Source of the DNA: the human T2T-CHM13v2.0 reference genome, Homo sapiens
Assembly (NCBI RefSeq): GCF_009914755.1
Contig: NC_060934.1
Length of the DNA: 64,000 nucleotides
Direction: 5' to 3' (one strand)
In this document: positions 55,001 through 64,000 of the stretch, piece after piece
Numbering within the stretch: position 1 is the first letter of the stretch
How the letters are laid out: each line of letters starts with the position of its first letter
Notes under the pieces: generated by a model
Seen by the model: the letters and a program-made list of their open reading frames with translations, nothing else
Told to the model about the DNA's origin: nothing
The model's database searches: none
Made by a program: the position numbers and the translations under genes

Positions 55001-58000
55001 CCAATCTTAGACATGGAAATATCTTCATTTTAAAAGTACACAGAGTCATTCGTAGAAACTAGTTTGTGATGTGTGCCTTCAACTCACAGAGTTTAACCTT
55101 TCTTTTCATAGAGCAGTTTGGAAACACTCTATTTGTAAAGTCTGCAAGTGGATATTTGGACCTCTTTGAGGCCTTCGTTGGAAACGGGATTTCTTCATAC
55201 AACGCTAGACAGAAGAATTCTCAGTAACTTCTTTGTGTTGTGTGTATTCAACTCACAGAGTTGAACCTTTCTTTAGAGAGAGCAGAGTTGAAACACTCTG
55301 TTTTTGGAATTTGCAACTGCAGATTTCAAGCCATTCTAGGCCTATGGCAGAAAAGGAAATATCTTCGTATAAAAACTACACAGAATCATTCTCAACAACT
55401 ACTTTGTGATGTGTGCGTTCAACTCACAGAGTTTAACCTTTCTTTTCATAGAGCAGTTTGGAAACACTCTGTTTGTAAAGCCTGCAAGTGCTTTTTTGGA
55501 CTTCATTGAGGCCTTCGTTGGAAACGGGATTTCTTCATATAATGCTAGACAGAAGAATTCTCAGTCACTTCTTTGTGTTGTGTGTATTCAAGTCACAGAG
55601 TTGAACCTTCCTTTAGACAGAGCAGTTTTGAAAAATTCTTTCTGTGGAATTTGCAAGTGGAGATTTCAAGCGATTTGAGGCTAATCTTTGAAATGGAAAT
55701 ATCTTCGTGTAAAAACTACACAGAATCATTCTCAGAAACTGCTTTGTCATCTGTGCGTTCAGTTCACAGAGTTTCACCTTTCTCTTCATAGAGCAGTTTG
55801 GAAAGACTCTGTCTGTAAAGTCTGCAAGTGATTAGTTAGACCCCTTTGAGGCCTTCGTTGGAAGCGGGATTTCTCATTTACTGCTAGACAGAAGAATTCT
55901 CAGTAAATCCTTTGTGTTGTGTGTATTCAACTCACAGAGTGGAACCTTCCTTTATTCAGAGCAGTTTTGAAACACTCTTTTTGTGGAATTTGCAAGTGGA
56001 GATTTCAAGCGATTTGACGCCAATCTTAGACATGGAAATATCTTCATATTAAAAGTACACAGAGTCATTCGTAGAAACTAGTTTGTGATGTGTGCCTTCA
56101 ACTCACAGAGTTTAACCTTTCTTTTCATAGAGCAGTTGGGAAACACTCTATTTGTAAAGTCTGCAAGTGGATATTTGGACCTCTTTGAGGCCTTCGTTGG
56201 AAACGGGATTTCTTCATATAACGCTAGACAGAAGAATTCTCAGTAACTTCTTTGTGTTGTGTGTATTCAACTCACAGAGTTGAACCTTTCTTTAGAGGGA
56301 GCAGAGGTGAAACACTCTTTTTGTGGAATTTGCTAGTGTAGATTTCAAACGCTTCGAAGACAGTGATAGAAAAGGATATATCTTCGTATTAAAAGTAGAC
56401 AAAATCATTCTCAGAAAACTCTTTGTGATGTGTGTGTTCAACTCACAGAGTTTAACCTTTCTTTAATCGAGCAGTTTGGAAATACACTCTTTGTAAGTCT
56501 GCAGGTGGATATTTGGCCCTCTTTGAGCCCTTCGTTGGAAACGGGATTTCCTCATATAATGCTAGACAGAAGAATTCTCAGTAACTTCTTTGTGTTGTTT
56601 GTATTCAACACACAGATTTGAACCTTCCTTTAGAGAGAGCAGATTTGAAACACTCTGTTTTTGGAATTTGCAAGTGCAGATTTCAAGCGCTTCTAGGCCT
56701 ATGGCAGAAAAGGAAATATCTTCGTATAAAAACTACACAGAATCATTCTCAACAACTACTTTGTGATGTGTGCGTTCAACTCACAGAGTTTAACCTTTCT
56801 TTTCATAGAGCAGTTTGGAAACACTCTGTTTGTAAAGCCTGCAAGTGCTTTTTTGGACTTCATTGAGGCCTTCGTTGGAAACGGGATTTCTTCATATAAT
56901 GCTAGACAGAAGAATTCTCAGTCACTTCTTTGTGTTGTGTGTATTCAAGTCACAGAGTTGAACCTTCCTTTAGACAGAGCAGTTTTGAAAAATTCTTTCT
57001 GTGGAGTTTGCAAGTGGAGATTTCAAGCGATTTGAGGCTAATCTTTGAAATGGAAATATCTTCGTGTAAAAACTACACAGAATCATTCTCAGAAACTGCT
57101 TTGTCATCTGTGCGTTCAGTTCACAGAGTTTCACCTTTCTCTTCATAGAGCAGTTTGGAAAGACTCTGTCTGTAAAGTCTGCAAGTGATTAGTTAGACCC
57201 CTTTGAGGCCTTCGTTGGAAGCGGGATTTCTCATTTACTGCTAGACAGAAGAATTCTCAGTAAATCCTTTGTGTTGTGTGTATTCAACTCACAGAGTGGA
57301 ACCTTCCTTTATTCAGAGCAGTTTTGAAAAACACTTTTTGTGGAATTTGCAAGTGGAGATTTCAAGCGATTTGACGCCAATCTTAGACATGGAAATATCT
57401 TCATATTAAAAGTACACAGAGTCATTCGTAGAAACTAGTTTGTGATGTGTGCCTTCAACTCACAGAGTTTAACCTTTCTTTTCATAGAGCAGTTTGGAAA
57501 CACTCTATTTGTAAAGTCTGCAAGTGGATATTTGGACCTCTTTGAGGCCTTCGTTGGAAACGGGATTTCTTCATACAACGCTAGACAGAAGAATTCTCAG
57601 TAACTTCTTTGTGTTGTGTGTATTCAACTCACAGAGTTGAACCTTTCTTTAGAGAGAGCAGAGTTGAAACACTCTGTTTTTGGAATTTGCAACTGCAGAT
57701 TTCAAGCCATTCTAGGCCTATGGCAGAAAAGGAAATATCTTCGTATAAAAACTACACAGAATCATTCTCAACAACTACTTTGTGATGTGTGCGTTCAACT
57801 CACAGAGTTTAACCTTTCTTTTCATAGAGCAGTTTGGAAACACTCTGTTTGTAAAGCCTGCAAGTGCTTTTTTGGACTTCATTGAGGCCTTCGTTGGAAA
57901 CGGGATTTCTTCATATAATGCTAGACAGAAGAATTCTCAGTCACTTCTTTGTGTTGTGTGTATTCAAGTCACAGAGTTGAACCTTCCTTTAGACAGAGCA

Positions 58001-61000
58001 GTTTTGAAAAATTCTTTCTGTGGAATTTGCAAGTGGAGATTTCAAGCGATTTGAGGCTAATCTTTGAAATGGAAATATCTTCGTGTAAAAACTACACAGA
58101 ATCATTCTCAGAAACTGCTTTGTCATCTGTGCGTTCAGTTCACAGAGTTTCACCTTTCTCTTCATAGAGCAGTTTGGAAAGACTCTGTCTGTAAAGTCTG
58201 CAAGTGATTAGTTAGACCCCTTTGAGGCCTTCGTTGGAAGCGGGATTTCTCATTTACTGCTAGACAGAAGAATTCTCAGTAAATCCTTTGTGTTGTGTGT
58301 ATTCAACTCACAGAGTGGAACCTTCCTTTATTCAGAGCAGTTTTGAAACACTCTTTTTGTGGAATTTGCAAGTGGAGATTTCAAGCGATTTGACGCCAAT
58401 CTTAGACATGGAAATATCTTCATATTAAAAGTACACAGAGTCATTCGTAGAAACTAGTTTGTGATGTGTGCCTTCAACTCACAGAGTTTAACCTTTCTTT
58501 TCATAGAGCAGTTGGGAAACACTCTATTTGTAAAGTCTGCAAGTGGATATTTGGACCTCTTTGAGGCCTTCGTTGGAAACGGGATTTCTTCATATAACGC
58601 TAGACAGAAGAATTCTCAGTAACTTCTTTGTGTTGTGTGTATTCAACTCACAGAGTTGAACCTTTCTTTAGAGGGAGCAGAGGTGAAACACTCTTTTTGT
58701 GGAATTTGCTAGTGTAGATTTCAAACGCTTCGAAGACAGTGATAGAAAAGGATATATCTTCGTATTAAAAGTAGACAAAATCATTCTCAGAAAACTCTTT
58801 GTGATGTGTGTGTTCAACTCACAGAGTTTAACCTTTCTTTAATCGAGCAGTTTGGAAATACACTCTTTGTAAGTCTGCAGGTGGATATTTGGCCCTCTTT
58901 GAGCCCTTCGTTGGAAACGGGATTTCCTCATATAATGCTAGACAGAAGAATTCTCAGTAACTTCTTTGTGTTGTTTGTATTCAACACACAGATTTGAACC
59001 TTCCTTTAGAGAGAGCAGATTTGAAACACTCTGTTTTTGGAATTTGCAAGTGCAGATTTCAAGCGCTTCTAGGCCTATGGCAGAAAAGGAAATATCTTCG
59101 TATAAAAACTACACAGAATCATTCTCAACAACTACTTTGTGATGTGTGCGTTCAACTCACAGAGTTTAACCTTTCTTTTCATAGAGCAGTTTGGAAACAC
59201 TCTGTTTGTAAAGCCTGCAAGTGCTTTTTTGGACTTCATTGAGGCCTTCGTTGGAAACGGGATTTCTTCATATAATGCTAGACAGAAGAATTCTCAGTCA
59301 CTTCTTTGTGTTGTGTGTATTCAAGTCACAGAGTTGAGCCTTCCTTTAGACAGAGCAGTTTTGAAAAATTCTTTCTGTGGAGTTTGCAAGTGGAGATTTC
59401 AAGCGATTTGAGGCTAATCTTTGAAATGGAAATATCTTCGTGTAAAAACTACACAGAATCATTCTCAGAAACTGCTTTGTCATCTGTGCGTTCAGTTCAC
59501 AGAGTTTCACCTTTCTCTTCATAGAGCAGTTTGGAAAGACTCTGTCTGTAAAGTCTGCAAGTGATTAGTTAGACCCCTTTGAGGCCTTCGTTGGAAGCGG
59601 GATTTCTCATTTACTGCTAGACAGAAGAATTCTCAGTAAATCCTTTGTGTTGTGTGTATTCAACTCACAGAGTGGAACCTTCCTTTATTCAGAGCAGTTT
59701 TGAAACACTCTTTTTGTGGAATTTGCAAGTGGAGATTTCAAGCGATTTGACGCCAATCTTAGACATGGAAATATCTTCATATTAAAAGTACACAGAGTCA
59801 TTCGTAGAAACTAGTTTGTGATGTGTGCCTTCAACTCACAGAGTTTAACCTTTCTTTTCATAGAGCAGTTGGGAAACACTCTATTTGTAAAGTCTGCAAG
59901 TGGATATTTGGACCTCTTTGAGGCCTTCGTTGGAAACGGGATTTCTTCATACAACGCTAGACAGAAGAATTCTCAGTAACTTCTTTGTGTTGTGTGTATT
60001 CAACTCACAGAGTTGAACCTTTCTTTAGAGAGAGCAGAGTTGAAACACTCTGTTTTTGGAATTTGCAACTGCAGATTTCAAGCCATTCTAGGCCTATGGC
60101 AGAAAAGGAAATATCTTCGTATAAAAACTACACAGAATCATTCTCAACAACTACTTTGTGATGTGTGCGTTCAACTCACAGAGTTTAACCTTTCTTTTCA
60201 TAGAGCAGTTTGGAAACACTCTGTTTGTAAAGCCTGCAAGTGCTTTTTTGGACTTCATTGAGGCCTTCGTTGGAAACGGGATTTCTTCATATAATGCTAG
60301 ACAGAAGAATTCTCAGTCACTTCTTTGTGTTGTGTGTATTCAAGTCACAGAGTTGAACCTTCCTTTAGACAGAGCAGTTTTGAAAAATTCTTTCTGTGTA
60401 ATTTGCAAGTGGAGATTTCAAGCGATTTGAGGCTAATCTTTGAAATGGAAATATCTTCGTGTAAAAACTACACAGAATCATTCTCAGAAACTGCTTTGTC
60501 ATCTGTGCGTTCAGTTCACAGAGTTTCACCTTTCTCTTCATAGAGCAGTTTGGAAAGACTCTGTCTGTAAAGTCTGCAAGTGATTAGTTAGACCCCTTTG
60601 AGGCCTTCGTTGGAAGCGGGATTTCTCATTTACTGCTAGACAGAAGAATTCTCAGTAAATCCTTTGTGTTGTGTGTATTCAACTCACAGAGTGGAACCTT
60701 CCTTTATTCAGAGCAGTTTTGAAACACTCTTTTTGTGGAATTTGCAAGTGGAGATTTGAAGCCATTTGACGCCAATCTTAGACATGGAAATATCTTCATA
60801 TTAAAAGTACACAGAGTCATTCGTAGAAACTAGTTTGTGATGTGTGCCTTCAACTCACAGAGTTTAACCTTTCTTTTCATAGAGCAGTTGGGAAACACTC
60901 TATTTGTAAAGTCTGCAAGTGGATATTTGGACCTCTTTGAGGCCTTCGTTGGAAACGGGATTTCTTCATATAACGCTAGACAGAAGAATTCTCAGTAACT

Positions 61001-64000
61001 TCTTTGTGTTGTGTGTATTCAACTCACAGAGTTGAACCTTTCTTTAGAGGGAGCAGAGGTGAAACACTCTTTTTGTGGAATTTGCTAGTGTAGATTTCAA
61101 ACGCTTCGAAGACAGTGATAGAAAAGGATATATCTTCGTATTAAAAGTAGACAAAATCATTCTCAGAAAACTCTTTGTGATGTGTGTGTTCAACTCACAG
61201 AGTTTAACCTTTCTTTAATCGAGCAGTTTGGAAATACACTCTTTGTAAGTCTGCAGGTGGATATTTGGCCCTCTTTGAGCCCTTCGTTGGAAACGGGATT
61301 TCCTCATATAATGCTAGACAGAAGAATTCTCAGTAACTTCTTTGTGTTGTTTGTATTCAACACACAGATTTGAACCTTCCTTTAGAGAGAGCAGATTTGA
61401 AACACTCTGTTTTTGGAATTTGCAAGTGCAGATTTCAAGCGCTTCTAGGCCTATGGCAGAAAAGGAAATATCTTCGTATAAAAACTACACAGAATCATTC
61501 TCAACAACTACTTTGTGATGTGCGCGTTCAACTCACAGAGTTTAACCTTTCTTTTCATAGAGCAGTTTGGAAACACTCTGTTTGTAAAGCCTGCAAGTGC
61601 TTTTTTGGACTTCATTGAGGCCTTCGTTGGAAACGGGATTTCTTCATATAATGCTAGACAGAAGAATTCTCAGTCACTTCTTTGTGTTGTGTGTATTCAA
61701 GTCACAGAGTTGAGCCTTCCTTTAGACAGAGCAGTTTTGAAAAATTCTTTCTGTGGAGTTTGCAAGTGGAGATTTCAAGCGATTTGAGGCTAATCTTTGA
61801 AATGGAAATATCTTCGTGTAAAAACTACACAGAATCATTCTCAGAAACTGCTTTGTCATCTGTGCGTTCAGTTCACAGAGTTTCACCTTTCTCTTCATAG
61901 AGCAGTTTGGAAAGACTCTGTCTGTAAAGTCTGCAAGTGATTAGTTAGACCCCTTTGAGGCCTTCGTTGGAAGCGGGATTTCTCATTTACTGCTAGACAG
62001 AAGAATTCTCAGTAAATCCTTTGTGTTGTGTGTATTCAACTCACAGAGTGGAACCTTCCTTTATTCAGAGCAGTTTTGAAAAACACTTTTTGTGGAATTT
62101 GCAAGTGGAGATTTCAAGCGATTTGACGCCAATCTTAGACATGGAAATATCTTCATATTAAAAGTACACAGAGTCATTCGTAGAAACTAGTTTGTGATGT
62201 GTGCCTTCAACTCACAGAGTTTAACCTTTCTTTTCATAGAGCAGTTTGGAAACACTCTATTTGTAAAGTCTGCAAGTGGATATTTGGACCTCTTTGAGGC
62301 CTTCGTTGGAAACGGGATTTCTTCATACAACGCTAGACAGAAGAATTCTCAGTAACTTCTTTGTGTTGTGTGTATTCAACTCACAGAGTTGAACCTTTCT
62401 TTAGAGAGAGCAGAGTTGAAACACTCTGTTTTTGGAATTTGCAACTGCAGATTTCAAGCCATTCTAGGCCTATGGCAGAAAAGGAAATATCTTCGTATAA
62501 AAACTACACAGAATCATTCTCAACAACTACTTTGTGATGTGTGCGTTCAACTCACAGAGTTTAACCTTTCTTTTCATAGAGCAGTTTGGAAACACTCTGT
62601 TTGTAAAGCCTGCAAGTGCTTTTTTGGACTTCATTGAGGCCTTCGTTGGAAACGGGATTTCTTCATATAATGCTAGACAGAAGAATTCTCAGTCACTTCT
62701 TTGTGTTGTGTGTATTCAAGTCACAGAGTTGAACCTTCCTTTAGACAGAGCAGTTTTGAAAAATTCTTTCTGTGTAATTTGCAAGTGGAGATTTCAAGCG
62801 ATTTGAGGCTAATCTTTGAAATGGAAATATCTTCGTGTAAAAACTACACAGAATCATTCTCAGAAACTGCTTTGTCATCTGTGCGTTCAGTTCACAGACT
62901 TTCACCTTTCTCTTCATAGAGCAGTTTGGAAAGACTCTGTCTGTAAAGTCTGCAAGTGATTAGTTAGACCCCTTTGAGGCCTTCGTTGGAAGTGGGATTT
63001 CTCATTTACTGCTAGACAGAAGAATTCTCAGTAAATCCTTTGTGTTGTGTGTATTCAACTCACAGAGTGGAACCTTCCTTTATTCAGAGCAGTTTTGAAA
63101 CACTCTTTTTGTGGAATTTGCAAGTGGAGATTTCAAGCGATTTGACGCCAATCTTAGACATGGAAATATCTTCATATTAAAAGTACACAGAGTCATTCGT
63201 AGAAACTAGTTTGTGATGTGTGCCTTCAACTCACAGAGTTTAACCTTTCTTTTCATAGAGCAGTTGGGAAACACTCTATTTGTAAAGTCTGCAAGTGGAT
63301 ATTTGGACCTCTTTGAGGCCTTCGTTGGAAACGGGATTTCTTCATATAACGCTAGACAGAAGAATTCTCAGTAACTTCTTTGTGTTGTGTGTATTCAACT
63401 CACAGAGTTGAACCTTTCTTTAGAGGGAGCAGAGGTGAAACACTCTTTTTGTGGAATTTGCTAGTGTAGATTTCAAACGCTTCGAAGACAGTGATAGAAA
63501 AGGATATATCTTCGTATTAAAAGTAGACAAAATCATTCTCAGAAAACTCTTTGTGATGTGTGTGTTCAACTCACAGAGTTTAACCTTTCTTTAATCGAGC
63601 AGTTTGGAAATACACTCTTTGTAAGTCTGCAGGTGGATATTTGGCCCTCTTTGAGCCCTTCGTTGGAAACGGGATTTCCTCATATAATGCTAGACAGAAG
63701 AATTCTCAGTAACTTCTTTGTGTTGTTTGTATTCAACACACAGATTTGAACCTTCCTTTAGAGAGAGCAGATTTGAAACACTCTGTTTTTGGAATTTGCA
63801 AGTGCAGATTTCAAGCGCTTCTAGGCCTATGGCAGAAAAGGAAATATCTTCGTATAAAAACTACACAGAATCATTCTCAACAACTACTTTGTGATGTGTG
63901 CGTTCAACTCACAGAGTTTAACCTTTCTTTTCATAGAGCAGTTTGGAAACACTCTGTTTGTAAAGCCTGCAAGTGCTTTTTTGGACTTCATTGAGGCCTT
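46069..64000 (+). repeat. Seven complete tandem 14-mer super-HORs (2376 bp) plus a partial one at the window end
   Basis: Anchors 46069, 48445, 50821, 53197, 55573, 57949, 60325, 62701 are each 2376 bp apart. Confidence 0.93.

Larger units (their letters stand above)
1..64000 (+). repeat. Alpha-satellite higher-order repeat array, SF1 dimeric type; most likely human chromosome 10 centromeric array D10Z1 (S1C10H1L)
   Basis: Tandem ~170-bp monomers with alphoid motifs (cattctcagaaact, tcaactcacagagtt, gagcagtttggaaacactct, ggaaatatcttc). CENP-B box and EcoRI GAATTC recur about every 340 bp. HOR periods of 1357 bp (8-mer) and 1019 bp (6-mer) come from spacing of repeated pseudo-ORFs. One RsaI GTAC per HOR (first at 44-47), consistent with the RsaI-defined 6-mer/8-mer organisation I recall for chr10 alphoid DNA. 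The alpha-satellite call is near certain. The chromosome call is less so (about 0.8), because D12Z3 is also an SF1 8-mer. Confidence 0.97.

Noticed and set aside
248-63994. Numerous short ORFs of 63-90 aa in a few recurring families (MCIQLTEL..., MMCAFNSQ..., MCCVYSS..., MCVQLTEF..., MNLPLER...)
   Set aside because: They are overlapping chance frames in AT-rich satellite, mostly starting at GTG/TTG, and recur exactly with HOR period. I recognise no domain and see no sign of coding constraint. Database 'proteins' like these are typically alphoid contamination artefacts.
1-64000. CRISPR-like array (conserved ~35-bp motif around the CENP-B box at regular spacing)
   Set aside because: The intervening ~300-bp sequences are themselves homologous repeats, not unique spacers, and there are no cas genes or leader.
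1-64000. Hidden insertion, transposon, inversion or novel gene system
   Set aside because: HOR lengths sum exactly to the anchor span (25x1019 + 22x1357 + 4x1359 + 1355 = 62120 = 62701-581), leaving no room for inserted DNA. All boxes seen are on the same strand.
1-64000. Assignment to D12Z3 (SF1 8-mer), D7Z1 (SF1 6-mer) or the D1Z7/D5Z2/D19Z3 array
   Set aside because: Interspersed 6-mers and 8-mers with one RsaI site per HOR fit D10Z1 better from recalled descriptions. The alternatives are not formally excluded without alignment to reference HOR models.

Overview
All 64 kb is one uninterrupted, single-orientation array of primate alpha-satellite DNA (~170-bp monomers). It has the dimeric suprachromosomal family 1 (SF1) pattern, with a CENP-B box and an EcoRI site about every 340 bp. 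Monomers are grouped into highly homogeneous higher-order repeats (HORs): an 8-mer of 1357 bp and a 6-mer of 1019 bp, each with one RsaI site. This best fits the human chromosome 10 centromeric array D10Z1 (S1C10H1L); that assignment comes from recalled knowledge, not a database search. Using the recurrent 72-aa pseudo-ORF start as an anchor (581 to 62701), I count 52 complete HORs: 25 six-mers, 22 canonical 8-mers, four 1359-bp chimeric 8-mers and one 1355-bp 8-mer. I saw no gene, transposon, inversion or unique sequence, and all listed ORFs are chance frames repeated with the satellite. I found no new gene-based system. The interesting content is the array's evolutionary record: a 14-mer (8+6, 2376 bp) super-HOR with diverged halves, nested duplications (offsets about 2.4, 3.4/4.4, 7.1 and 28.5 kb), chimeric HORs with a junction spanning a CENP-B box, a local SNV-haplotype domain at about 35-47 kb, and a few inactivated CENP-B boxes. 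Dimer labels used below: A (ctaggcctatggc/gcctgcaagtgc), B (gaggctaatc/gattagttagacc), C (gacgccaatc/RsaI gtac), D (gctagtgtag/ttaatcgagc). 8-mer = ABCD; 6-mer = A'BC.
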